A DNA stretch of 64,000 nucleotides from positions 64,001 to 128,000 of the forward strand of contig CAWBHS010000060.1 of assembly GCA_963788655.1 (NCBI GenBank), given 5' to 3'. The notes under the pieces are model-generated. The model searched no databases and was not told where the DNA came from. It saw only the letters and a program-made list of their open reading frames with translations. The first letter of the stretch is position 1. Every line of letters starts with the position of its first letter. Of the stretch, positions 8,871 through 19,119 are shown in pieces. Both the position numbers and the translations under genes were made by a program. This DNA is from an uncultured Verrucomicrobiae bacterium (GTDB taxonomy: Bacteria > Verrucomicrobiota > Verrucomicrobiia > Limisphaerales > JAFGQR01).

Positions 8871-8982
8871 CGTGTTGCCGGCTTCTTGCCGCCGTTGGAG
8901 CATGGCCGTTCAAATGTTGGATCCCTTGGGCTTTAGGACGCCACCGTGTGTTCGATTCTGCCGGCGGGACGCCGACAGCACG
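8871..8982. repeat. Degenerate inverted REP-like pair
   Basis: CGTGTTGCCGGCTTCTTGCCG (8871-8891) vs CGGCGGGACGCCGACAGCACG (8962-8982) are 16/21 complementary, with most mismatches G-U compatible. Confidence 0.4.
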
Positions 8983-9276
8983 TTGCGCAGCCCCTTCCGG
9001 CGAGGCGCCTTCCAGCGCGTCATACCATGGTTGAGTTGCAATCGTCTGGTAAGACCCGGTGAAAGGGCTGGGTAACTCGACGGATTTCTGGTTTGATTGA
9101 CCAAGATTCCCCGCTTCCGAGGCATTGCATTGATACAAGAAATTACCAGTTTCCCTTGCACCGGGCGCGAGAATTGTATAAAGCAGGCCCGAAACCGCCT
9201 GCGGGCAGGGCCGCAACAACACACGATGCAGGCAATTGTGCAGGAACAAGTCCTGGTCCTTGCCCAACGATTCAGC

Positions 9277-9948
9277 ATGGAAGATTTAACGATTATTCGA
9301 GAGTTATCCGGCAGTAATGGATTGATTCTCGAACGCGATGAGCCGCACCTGTGGTCACGGCTCCAACCTACCTTAAAAGAGCATTGGCGCTTCTTTGCCG
9401 CCTTTCTGCGCCGCCCGGCGACGGTCGGCTCGCTGGTGCCCAGTTCGGTTCACCTGGCCCAAGCGGTCCTCGAACGGTGCAATCTAAAATCCGCCAAGAC
9501 CGTCGTCGAATTAGGTTCCGGCACCGGGGCGATTACGCGCTTTATTCTCGAGCGCCTGGGGCGGCACACCACCTTCCTGGCCCTGGAACTGGATCCGGTG
9601 GCCACCCGTGAACTGCGGCAACGGTTTCCTGAACTGGTCGTCTATTCGGACTCGGCGGAACACCTGCAAAAATACCTGGCCCGGCATGGACGCAAAAAGG
9701 TGGACTGTGTCATCAGCGGGCTGCCGTGGGCCAACATGACTGCCGAAACCCAGGAGCGCATTCTCGCCGCCGTGTTCCGGGTATTGAAGCCGGGCGGCAT
9801 GTTCACCACGTTTGCGTATCTCCATGCCTCCTGGCTGCCGACCGCCCGCCGGTTTCGCGAACGGCTGGCCAGGCACTTCGGCACTGTCAAAGTCAGCCCG
9901 ACGGTTTGGCGCAACTTTCCGCCTGCTTATGTTTATCGTTGCCGATAG
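9277..9948 (+). CDS. Class I SAM-dependent methyltransferase, phospholipid/ornithine-lipid N-methyltransferase (PmtA/OlsG-like) family
   Basis: FLRRPATVGSLVPSS, VVELGSGTGAIT, DCVISGLPW and VWRNFPPAYVY motifs. Start is uncertain; ATG 9277 chosen. Confidence 0.8.
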   Translation: MEDLTIIRELSGSNGLILERDEPHLWSRLQPTLKEHWRFFAAFLRRPATVGSLVPSSVHLAQAVLERCNLKSAKTVVELGSGTGAITRFILERLGRHTTFLALELDPVATRELRQRFPELVVYSDSAEHLQKYLARHGRKKVDCVISGLPWANMTAETQERILAAVFRVLKPGGMFTTFAYLHASWLPTARRFRERLARHFGTVKVSPTVWRNFPPAYVYRCR

Positions 9949-10057
9949 TTAACTGAATTTCTTCTGGAAAACTGGATAAACCACGGTAGGCTTATACGTG
10001 ACGGGTGGTCAATGGGGGATCGGGTGACCGTAAACCGATAACATTAGACAACGACCT

Positions 10058-10450
10058 ATGAGCAAATATCCGGAAGGCAAATTCGAACGGCATGCGTTGA
10101 ATGTTCCCGGTCCGTTTTATATCGAAGACGGCCAATGCATCAATTGTCTGGCGCCTTGTGACACCGCCCCGCAACTTATCGGCTTCTTCGAGGAGACGCC
10201 TGAATTGCGTGGGTATGCTCATTGTTACGTCAAACAGCAACCGACCACGGCCGCGGAAATGAGGGTCATGCTCCGGGCGATGCAGGCTGCTTGTTGTTCA
10301 GGCCTGCGTTATTGCGGCGATGATCCCGAAGTTTTACGGCAGTTGCGCGAAGCGGGCTTGGAAGGTCGTTGCGATGAACTTTGGCGCGAAGAAACTGACG
10401 CGGCGACAAACACGGCTTCGCCTGTGTCTGCGGAACCAAACAACGCCTGA
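10058..10450 (+). CDS. Ferredoxin-like protein
   Basis: NVPGPFYIEDGQCINCLAPCDTAP...CYVKQQPTT...AACC, a single-cluster ferredoxin pattern. Confidence 0.75.
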   Translation: MSKYPEGKFERHALNVPGPFYIEDGQCINCLAPCDTAPQLIGFFEETPELRGYAHCYVKQQPTTAAEMRVMLRAMQAACCSGLRYCGDDPEVLRQLREAGLEGRCDELWREETDAATNTASPVSAEPNNA

Positions 10451-10755
10451 TTAATCGTCGCGTTGCGCCAGGCTTTAAGCGACACATAGCTTGCGAAGCT
10501 GACACGGCGAAGGGCAGGGGAGGGCAGGCTCGACGCCGGCAAGCGGTGCGAGTTTTCCGATGGTTCACTTTCTAGCAGTTCTTCACCATAGGCATTTACC
10601 TCGACGGTTTTCCTTGCCACGGAACAAAGGAAGTTCCCAGACCTTCGCATCGCGGTGGGGACATTCTTGTCGGGCCGAACAACAAACGGGGCCACATTAC
10701 GCCGGGCAGCTTTCGTCATCGTGGACGATCAGGGATGTCCGCGCTCCAAGTTTCC

Positions 10756-10773
10756 GCTTACACATCTGTAATG
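10756..10773. promoter_or_regulatory. CopR/CusR-type (OmpR family) operator palindrome upstream of htrA
   Basis: GCTTACACATCTGTAATG contains TTACA-N4-TGTAA and lies about 100 bp upstream of the htrA start. An OmpR-family regulator is encoded downstream. Confidence 0.5.
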
Positions 10774-10874
10774 CTCTGGAAAGGAAGGAGTCATGTCCCC
10801 GTGGCAGCTTCAGGCCAGTAAGTTGAGAACGAATCAACGGACTGCAACAACAACCTGTGAAAGAAGAGAACGAT

Positions 10875-12398
10875 ATGAATGGAAGAATGAGACAATGGTT
10901 CAAACGATTCCCACTGCTGGCGGTGGGCACCGCGTTGGTGCTCGGAGGATCGGCAGTAGCCTTTACGGTCAAATCCGCCAGCAAGGACGATTCAGCAAAT
11001 GCTCAAGCACCCCAGGTCAAACTGGTGGTGGACAATCAACCGCTGCCCCGCAACGGCAAAACGTTTACCAGCTTCGCCCCAGTGGTGAAGAAGGTGGCGC
11101 CCAGCGTGGTCAGCGTTTATATCACCATCAACGCCAAACAGACTTCGCTGCGCAATGCACCCCTGTTTGACAACCCGTTTTTTCACCAGTTCTTTGGTAA
11201 TCAATTCGGGCAGGGAGGACAACGGTTATACACGCCGCCGCAACGCGGTATTGGCTCCGGAGTAATCGTTAGCAAAGACGGCTATATTCTGACCAACAAC
11301 CACGTGGTGGAAAATGCGGATGAAGTGAAAGTCGCGCTGCAGGACGGCCGGGAATTCACCGCCAAGGTCATTGGCCGGGATCCCAAGTCGGACGTGGCCG
11401 TGATCAAGGTGGATGCCAAAGATCTACCGAATATCGAGATGGCGGATAGCGACCAGATCGAAGTTGGGGACGTGGTTTTGGCCATTGGCAATCCGTTTGG
11501 GATTGGCCAGACCGTTACGATGGGGATTGTGAGCGCCACGGGACGGGCTACGCTCGGGCTCGATTATGAAGACTTCATCCAGACCGACGCCGCCATCAAT
11601 CCGGGCAACTCCGGCGGCGCGCTGGTGGATGCCGAAGGTCGGTTAATTGGAATCAATACGGCGATCCTGAGCCGTAGTGGCGGCAATCAGGGGATTGGCT
11701 TTGCCATTCCCACCGATCTCGCCCGCGGGGTCATGACGAGCCTGATCAACTATGGCAAGGTGTCTCGCGGTTACCTTGGCGTAATGATCCAAAACCTGAC
11801 CCCTACTTTGGCGAAGGAGTTCAAGCTCAAGAACGACCATGGTGCGCTGGTAGGCGACGTGGTGCCCGATAGCCCAGCGGCCAAAGCGGGAATCAAGAGC
11901 GGCGACGTGGTGTTGGAATACAACGGTAAACCGGTGACGGACAGTCGGCATCTCAAGTTGGAAGTTGCCAGCACCCAGCCGGATAAAACCGTGTCCGTCA
12001 AACTCTGGCGCGACGGATCCACGAAGACTCTTGACGTGACCTTGCAGCAATTGCCGGGGAGCGAACAGGTGGCCCAAGCCGGCAAATCCGGAACAAATCC
12101 GGACGAACACCTCCAAGGCGTCACCGTGGGTGACTTGAACTCGCAACTCCGCCAGGAACTCGGCGTGCCCGATCACTTGGAAGGTGCCGTAGTCACCGAT
12201 GTGGAGCCCGGTTCGGCCGCAGCCGACGCGGGATTGAAGGCCGGGGATGTGATCGTTGAAATCAACCGGCACAAAGTCAAAGACGCCGAACAAGCCGTGC
12301 AATTGACGGAGAAGCAAAAAGACCCCACGACCCTGCTGCGGGTCTGGAGCAAGAATGGCAGTCACTACCTCGTCGTGGACGAGCATGCGGCTGGATAA
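10875..12398 (+). CDS. htrA: Do/DegP/HtrA family periplasmic serine endoprotease with two PDZ domains
   Basis: Signal/TM segment, TNNHVV (His), SDVAVIK (Asp), QTDAAINPGNSGGAL (Ser) and two PDZ domains. Confidence 0.95.
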   Translation: MNGRMRQWFKRFPLLAVGTALVLGGSAVAFTVKSASKDDSANAQAPQVKLVVDNQPLPRNGKTFTSFAPVVKKVAPSVVSVYITINAKQTSLRNAPLFDNPFFHQFFGNQFGQGGQRLYTPPQRGIGSGVIVSKDGYILTNNHVVENADEVKVALQDGREFTAKVIGRDPKSDVAVIKVDAKDLPNIEMADSDQIEVGDVVLAIGNPFGIGQTVTMGIVSATGRATLGLDYEDFIQTDAAINPGNSGGALVDAEGRLIGINTAILSRSGGNQGIGFAIPTDLARGVMTSLINYGKVSRGYLGVMIQNLTPTLAKEFKLKNDHGALVGDVVPDSPAAKAGIKSGDVVLEYNGKPVTDSRHLKLEVASTQPDKTVSVKLWRDGSTKTLDVTLQQLPGSEQVAQAGKSGTNPDEHLQGVTVGDLNSQLRQELGVPDHLEGAVVTDVEPGSAAADAGLKAGDVIVEINRHKVKDAEQAVQLTEKQKDPTTLLRVWSKNGSHYLVVDEHAAG

Positions 12399-12417
12399 TT
12401 TTCCGCCGCCGACCACT

Positions 12418-12462
12418 GGCTCTCCCGCATGGTTGAAGAGTGGTGCGGGAGAGCCCCTTTTT
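12418..12462 (+). terminator. Rho-independent terminator after htrA
   Basis: Perfect 12-bp stem GGCTCTCCCGCA/TGCGGGAGAGCC followed by a T run. Confidence 0.65.
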
Positions 12463-12752
12463 GTTGGACTTCGTCCGACCAGACTAGCCCGTGAGCTGTA
12501 GGACCAAGATTTCGAAGAGTGGGGCTGGGTTGGCAGGCAATCGGCCCGGTTCCAGCGGGAATCCCGCGGAATCGCCCCACGCCCCGGCCGCGCGGAATGG
12601 AAGCCGCGCTCGCGGCCGGATGGGACCGGGCCGTGGCAATGATCACGGATTCGCCGGCCGACACGCTTCCTGGCCCACCGGCATTCGTCGCGCCGGAAAA
12701 ACCGCGAGATTTGCTTGCCCGGCAAATGCAATTGAACATTATGACCGGTGAC

Positions 12753-13421
12753 ATGCGCATTTTGGTAGTCGAGGACGACGCGAAGATTGCCTCGTTCATT
12801 GTCAAAGGGCTCAAGCAGGCTGGGTTCGCGGTGGATGCCTGCGGGGACGGCGAGGAAGCGCTCGTGTTGGCGGAAACCACCGCTTATGACGCCGCGGTGG
12901 TGGATTTGATGCTGCCTAAACTGGACGGGCTCAGCCTGATTCAACGGCTGCGCAGCCAGAAGGTGGTGACCCCGGTGATCATTCTCAGCGCCAAAACCTC
13001 AGTCGATGATCGGGTCAAGGGCCTGCAGGCGGGTGGCGACGATTATCTGACCAAACCCTTTGCGTTTTCCGAATTGCTTGCCCGTATCCAGGCGCTGATC
13101 CGACGGGCCAGTCAGACTACCGAGCCTACCCGGCTCAGCGCGGGCGACTTAACGCTGGATTTAATTCGGCGCGAAGTCATGCGTGGCACCGAGAAGGTCG
13201 AATTACAGCCGCGGGAGTTTGCCCTGCTGGAGTATTTCTTGCGCAATCCCGGACGCACCGTGACCAAGACCATGATCCTCGAGCATATTTTTGATTACAG
13301 TTTTGATCCGCAGACGAATGTCGTAGATGTGCTCGTCCACCGCCTGCGCAGCAAGGTGGACCCCGAGAAGACCCGGCTGCACACCATTCGCGGAGTAGGC
13401 TATGTTCTTCGCCCGGCTTAG
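12753..13421 (+). CDS. OmpR-family (CusR/CopR-like) response regulator
   Basis: [28 protein letters not shown] and winged-helix [16 protein letters not shown]...TIRGVGY. Confidence 0.95.
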   Translation: MRILVVEDDAKIASFIVKGLKQAGFAVDACGDGEEALVLAETTAYDAAVVDLMLPKLDGLSLIQRLRSQKVVTPVIILSAKTSVDDRVKGLQAGGDDYLTKPFAFSELLARIQALIRRASQTTEPTRLSAGDLTLDLIRREVMRGTEKVELQPREFALLEYFLRNPGRTVTKTMILEHIFDYSFDPQTNVVDVLVHRLRSKVDPEKTRLHTIRGVGYVLRPA

Positions 13422-14820
13422 ACGCAGTTTTGTATTCCGGCTGAGCCTTTGGTATGCGCTGATTTTTTTCATCAGCACCGCCGGGCTTTTCATGCTCGTT
13501 TATTATTTTGTCACCAAGGAATTCGCGCAGAAGGAAGGTGAAATCATCCAGGCGCGACTCCGCGAATACATGGCCGTCTATGAAGCTGGCGGTTTTCCGG
13601 CGCTCAAGACCCGTGCCGCCCAGGATAGCAGCTCGGATGACGACAAATTCTACGTCAACCTCGTCAGTCCGCTTAAGATCGTGCGGCCCGTTTTGGTGCC
13701 GCACGGCTGGGGGGAGTTTCGCCTTGCCCCGGAGATTTACGAAGGCTGGCGTCAGTTTGAGATCAACCGGATTCCCCAAGACGCGCAGAAAGATTTCACC
13801 TTGACCCGGGGGCGCCTGCCGGACGGAGCAATCCTCCTGGTGGGCCGCAGCACCAACAATCTCAAGCTGTTGTGGTCGCCGTTTCGCAAAACCGTTTTGC
13901 CGGCCGGCGTGGGCATGGTGGTGCTCGGCCTGAGCGCGGGGGCGTTCTTTGCTTATCGGGCCATGCGACCAGTGCGGCAGATCGTGGCCACGGCACGCGC
14001 CATCGTGCAAACGGGCCGGCTGGATGCCCGGGTGCCGTCGCGGCAATCCGCCGACGAATTGAACGAAATGGCCCGTTTGTTCAATACCATGCTCGATAAA
14101 AATCAGGCGCTCATCGTGGCCATGCGCGAATCGTTGGACAATGTTGCGCACGATTTGCGGACGCCGTTGACGCGCTTGCGGGGTTCGGCGGAAGTGGCCT
14201 TGGAAGCGAATGCGAGTCCAGAAGACGCCCGCGAAGCGCTGGCCGATTGTGTCGAGGAATCCGAGCGGGTCTTGAGCATGTTGACCACGCTCATGGACAT
14301 TGCCGAGGCCGAGGCGGGCATGATGAAACTCGACCGGCACTTCACCGACCTGTGCCAGCTTATCCGGGAAGTGACGGAAATGTACGAATACGTCGCCGAA
14401 GAGAAACGGGTTGCGGTCAAGACCCAATTGCCCGAGCAGTGCGAAGCGCGCGTGGACCCGAACCGGTTGCGGCAAGTGTTCGGCAACTTGTTGGACAACG
14501 CGATCAAATACACTACGGCGGGCGGCACCGTCTCCGTAACCGCGGGCGTGCAGGGTGACACAGCGTTTGTTCAATTTCGCGATTCCGGCATCGGCATCGC
14601 CGAAGAAGAACACGCCAAGATCTGGACCCGGCTTTATCGCGGCGACAAAAGCCGTTCGCAACGCGGACTGGGGCTGGGCTTGAGCCTGGTCAAAGCGGTA
14701 GTGGAAGCGCATCAGGGGCGGGTAACGGTCAACAGCCGGGCCGGGGAGGGGGCCGAATTCACGGTCTGGCTGCCGCGAGAAGCCCGCGTGGCCCCGGAGG
14801 CTCGGGAGCTGGCCGCTTGA
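13402..14820 (+). CDS. HAMP-domain sensor histidine kinase
   Basis: Two TM helices, HAMP domain, H-box [23 protein letters not shown] and GLGLGLSLV. Confidence 0.95.
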   Translation: MFFARLRRSFVFRLSLWYALIFFISTAGLFMLVYYFVTKEFAQKEGEIIQARLREYMAVYEAGGFPALKTRAAQDSSSDDDKFYVNLVSPLKIVRPVLVPHGWGEFRLAPEIYEGWRQFEINRIPQDAQKDFTLTRGRLPDGAILLVGRSTNNLKLLWSPFRKTVLPAGVGMVVLGLSAGAFFAYRAMRPVRQIVATARAIVQTGRLDARVPSRQSADELNEMARLFNTMLDKNQALIVAMRESLDNVAHDLRTPLTRLRGSAEVALEANASPEDAREALADCVEESERVLSMLTTLMDIAEAEAGMMKLDRHFTDLCQLIREVTEMYEYVAEEKRVAVKTQLPEQCEARVDPNRLRQVFGNLLDNAIKYTTAGGTVSVTAGVQGDTAFVQFRDSGIGIAEEEHAKIWTRLYRGDKSRSQRGLGLGLSLVKAVVEAHQGRVTVNSRAGEGAEFTVWLPREARVAPEARELAA

Positions 14821-15125
14821 TGGCGCCCGACGCGGAACAGAGCCTCGACCGTGAGCGCGCGTAGGAATCAGGGCCCAATCCCAAATTCGATTTCCGAAAA
14901 CGACATCCGTTTCGACCAAGCCTCCTGGGGAAAGGTTCTCCGATCGGAGCAGCTCATGTTTCAGTCTTTGGAATTTGGCGCCACGCGACCGCGTTTTTCC
15001 TTTTTTTCGGGCGCATTCCCAGTATCTTCTGACGAATCGGCCCGGTACCGAAACCGGCTGAAGCGGGAGTAACACCCCCAGTTGGGCTCGGTAGGTTCGG
15101 GTAATTTGATTGAATAAGTACATCG

Positions 15126-16931
15126 ATGGAAGTAGAGCGCATACGAAATTTCAGCATCATTGCCCATATTGATCATGGGAAGACGACTTTGTCGGACCGG
15201 CTGTTGCACCGCACGGGCACCATTTCGGATCGGCAGATGCAGGCGCAATTGCTCGATTCGATGGACCTGGAACGGGAGCGCGGCATCACCATCAAGGCGC
15301 ATCCGGTCACCATGCATTACCAGGCCCAGGATGGCTGAAGTACGAATTGAACCTGATCGATACGCCCGGACACGTGGATTTCTCGTACGAAGTCTCGCGC
15401 AGCTTGAGCGCGTGCGAAGGGCGCGTTGCTGATCGTCGATGCGGCCCAAGGGGTCGAGGCCCAGACCGTCGCCAATGTGCATCTGGCGATGAAGCAGAAC
15501 CTGACGATCATCCCGGTGATCAACAAGATCGACCTGCCGCACGCGAACGTCCCGCAGGTCAAAGCAGCAACTCGAAGACATCCTGGCCATTCCCGGCCGA
15601 CAACGGCCATTCTCGCGCAGCGCCAAGGAAGGCATTGGCATCGACGAAATCCTCGAAGCGATCGTCGCGCGCAGTTCCGCCGCCCAAGCCTACCGGCGCG
15701 CGCCTCCCTCCAGGCCCTGGTGTTCGATTCCTATTTCGACACCTACAAAGGCGTCGTCACGCACGTCCGCGTGTTCAATGGCGAATTGAACGCCGGGCAT
15801 GCACGTCAAACTGCTGCACTCCGGGAAGAACGTCGAGATCAAGGAAGTCGGCAGTTTCAATCCCAAGCCGTACGTGCGCGAGAAACTTGGCAGTCGGGCG
15901 AAACCGGTTACATCACGGCCAACATCAAAAGCCCGCAGAGACGTCAAGATGGGCGACACCATCACGGACACGCGCCACCCGTCCGCCGCCGCTTGGCCGG
16001 GTTCCAGGAGATCCATCCGATGGTGTTCAGCGGTATTTATCCGATCAACACGGCAGATTACGAGCATCTGAAGGTGAACCTGGGCAAGTTGCAACTGAAC
16101 GATTCGGCGTTTGTGTATCAGGCGGAAAGCTCGGTGGCGCTGGGCTTCGGTTTCCGTTGCGGCTTCCTGGGACTGCTGCACATGGAAATCGTGCAGGAAC
16201 GCCTCCGCCGCGAATACAACATGGACATCATCGCCACGTACCCGAGCGTGATTTACCATGTTACAATGACGGACGGCACGATGAAGGAAATCGACAATCC
16301 GGCGTTCCTGCCGGAGCCGAATTACATCGACCAAATCGAAGAACCCATGGTGAAGGCGTTCGTCATCTGCCCGAACGAATACATCGGCGACATGATGGCA
16401 TCTGATCTCCGAAAAACGCGGCACGGTGGACCATACCGAGACGCTGGACACCCGCCGGGTCATGCTGACCAGCGCGGTGCCGCTCAACGAAATCCTGATC
16501 GATTTTCACGACCGCATCAAAAGCATCACGCGCGGCTTATGGTTCCATGGATTACGAGCACGCCGGTTACCAGGCAGTCCGACATGGTCAAGCTGGACAT
16601 GCTGGTCAATGGCGAGGCGGTGGACGCCTTTTCCTGCATCGTGCATCGCGACAAGGCGGAGGGCAGGGGACGGGCGCTGGCCGCCAAGCTCAAGGAGGTC
16701 ATTCCCCGGCAGCAATACCAGGTGGCCATCCAGGCGGCCATTGGCGGCAAGATCATTGCGCGGGAAACCGTCAGCGCCCTGCGCAAGGACGTAACCGCCA
16801 AATGCTACGGCGGCGACATTACCCGCAAACGCAAACTGCTGGAAAAACAGAAGGAAGGCAAAAAGCGCATGAAATCCTTCGGCGCGGTCAACATCCCGCA
16901 GGAAGCATTCATTGAAGTGCTCAAAGCATGA
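15126..16931 (+). CDS. lepA: Translation elongation factor 4 (LepA); frameshifted many times in this assembly
   Basis: [55 protein letters not shown] and [25 protein letters not shown]. Homology switches frame about 15 times between 15336 and 16575. Confidence 0.95.
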
Positions 16932-18185
16932 AATCCGACTCCGTAACGAAAGGCCGTTCCGCGTCTTCGCCAGTCTCTTCCGTCGCGCCCCAATCCCCAG
17001 GGGAGCTACCGCACCGGCTGCGCTGTCCCAGCATCTGGAGTGTGCCCTGGTTTCTGTCCCGCACCGTGCGCCAAGCCACGCAAATGTGCAAACACGTGCG
17101 CAAGTTGGTCAATTCCCAACGGGATCTCTTGGCGCCTAAGAGTATCAATGCCATCGCTGAGGCCATGGCTTCCGTTTACCAAAGCATCAAGACGGGGGCC
17201 AGCAAGCCTAAGTTGGTGGCGGCAATGGAGAATCTCGAACAGGTGGCCAACAAATGGCTGAAGCCGTATCCGAACGCCGGGATGCGTGAGAACATCGAAG
17301 TGCTGCTCGTGGCCCTGGCCGTGGCGATGGGCATCCGCACCTTCTTTTTGCAACCGTTCAAGATTCCCACCGGCTCGATGCAACCGACGCTGTTCGGGAT
17401 CACGCAGGAAAACCTGATCGGTAATACGAATTACCACATCCCCAATTTTTTAACGCGCTTTTGCCAGTACCTGGATCAATGGAGTCAGTTTTGTCCATGT
17501 TGTCGCGCGCGCCGACGGCGAATTGCGAGCCGCTGACGCCAAACCAACCCGCTTTCTGCTCTTTAATCTTAAGCAGCGCATTCAAGTCGGTAATGAATGG
17601 TACACCATCTGGTTCCCGCCGGACAACCTGCTGCAACGCGCCGGACTGTTGGCGGGTCCTGGATTTTTTCGCGACCAGTTTTACAAAAAAGGAGATGACA
17701 TTATCAAACTGCGTGTGGTCAGCGGTGACCATCTGTTTGTGGACCGGTTTACCTACAACTTTCGGCATCCCGAACGCGGTGAGATCATCGTCTTCAAAAC
17801 TGAAGCTATTGAATACGACGGTGTACCAAAGAACCAGTTTTACATTAAACGCCTGATCGGCATGCCAGGAGACACTATCAAAATCAATACGAATGACCAT
17901 GTGGTGATCGACGACAAACCTTTGACGGCGGCTGATCCGGGCTTCGAGAAAATCTATGGTCAATTCGACCACCGATATGTCGGCCACACTCACGTGGGAC
18001 TTTTAGCCGATCCAACTAACAAATACGTTGTGGATCCCGGCAATTATTTTGTCATGGGCGATAACACACGCAACAGTCTGGACTCCCGGTATTGGGGAGA
18101 ATTCCCCGAGCACAGTGTAATTGGGCGGTCCTATTTCGTCTATTGGCCCATCAGTGATCGCTTCGGCTGGGGCTATCATCGCTGA
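16928..18185 (+). CDS. lepB: Signal peptidase I (one apparent +1 frameshift near 17471)
   Basis: FKIPTGSMQPTL (Ser), YIKRLIG (Lys) and GDNTRNSLDSRYWG. Removing one C near 17471 joins ORFs 16928..17536 and 17523..18185. ATGA overlap with lepA. Confidence 0.9.
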
Positions 18186-18447
18186 AGGTTCATTCCCGAA
18201 CGCATAATCGAGAGCGCGCAACTTGGGTTGTTTTCCACAAAAAGACCGAAAAAAACCAACCGGAGCCACACATAAAGACGCACAATGTTTGTTAGTTTTA
18301 ATTAAGTTGTCCCTGTGCGCCGTGCTCCCTTCCGTTTAGCCCGCACTTGTGAAAGCACCCCAGGTGAATGGACGGACCAATACTTCGCCTCCCAATGTAT
18401 CCATTTCCCGATGAATTTGCGCGCCGCGTTGTCGATAGGATAACTGT

Positions 18448-19095
18448 ATGGACCTGGCAAGCCTTCGACCTAATTGGGCGGATTTCGTGATTCTGGCGGT
18501 GGTAATTGTGGGCATTGTGCGCGGACGCAAACGTGGGATGTCCCAGGAACTGCTCGACATGCTCAAGTGGTTTCTGATCGTCGTCATCGCCGGTTTTGTT
18601 TACGAACCGGGAGGACGGCTCTTGGCGCAAACATCGCTGGTCAACCTCCTTTACAGCTATTTGATGGTTTATACCCTGATCTTGTTTCTGATATTCCTGT
18701 CGTTTTCCCTCATCCGCAATGCCGCAGGCCAGAAGTTGGTGGACGGAGAGTTTTTTGGGAATGCCGAGTTCTATTTGGGCATGATGGCGGGCGCTTTCCG
18801 CTACGGTTGCATGCTGCTGGTAGTTTTGGCCTTTCTCAACGCCCGTTATTTCAGTCCCCAGGAGGTCTTCGCCGAAGAACATTACCAGAACGAAAACTTT
18901 GGGGCGGAATACTTCCCCACCCTGGCCGATGTGCAACGGCACGTGTTTAAGAATTCGATGGTGGGCCGGTTTATCAAAGATCACCTAAGTCTGGTATTGA
19001 TTCGCCCCACGTCGCCTAAAGACAAGGTTGGCAATAGAACCGGCGCCGTGTTCAGCCGCCATCAGCGGGACCTGGACGATGTGCTTGCCAAGTAG
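18448..19095 (+). CDS. CvpA (colicin V production) family membrane protein
   Basis: NWADFVILAVVIVGIVRGRKRGMSQEL start, four TM helices and LGMMAGAFRY. Confidence 0.8.
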   Translation: MDLASLRPNWADFVILAVVIVGIVRGRKRGMSQELLDMLKWFLIVVIAGFVYEPGGRLLAQTSLVNLLYSYLMVYTLILFLIFLSFSLIRNAAGQKLVDGEFFGNAEFYLGMMAGAFRYGCMLLVVLAFLNARYFSPQEVFAEEHYQNENFGAEYFPTLADVQRHVFKNSMVGRFIKDHLSLVLIRPTSPKDKVGNRTGAVFSRHQRDLDDVLAK

Positions 19096-19119
19096 CCCTG
19101 CCTTCGGCCAGCTTGGGGC

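Noticed and set aside
10309..10719. 136-aa minus-strand ORF between ferredoxin and htrA
   Set aside because: It overlaps the ferredoxin antisense and has no recognisable domain.
13177..15123. 648-aa minus-strand ORF
   Set aside because: Antisense shadow of the RR/HK genes, typical of high-GC DNA.
15126..16931. lepA as a true pseudogene or programmed frameshifting case
   Set aside because: There are too many indels with no amino-acid decay and no slippery motifs; an artefact is more parsimonious.
18231..18239. DnaA-box match TTTTCCACA in the AT-rich gap before cvpA-dnaG
   Set aside because: Single box with no cluster or unwinding element, so not enough for oriC or a regulatory call.
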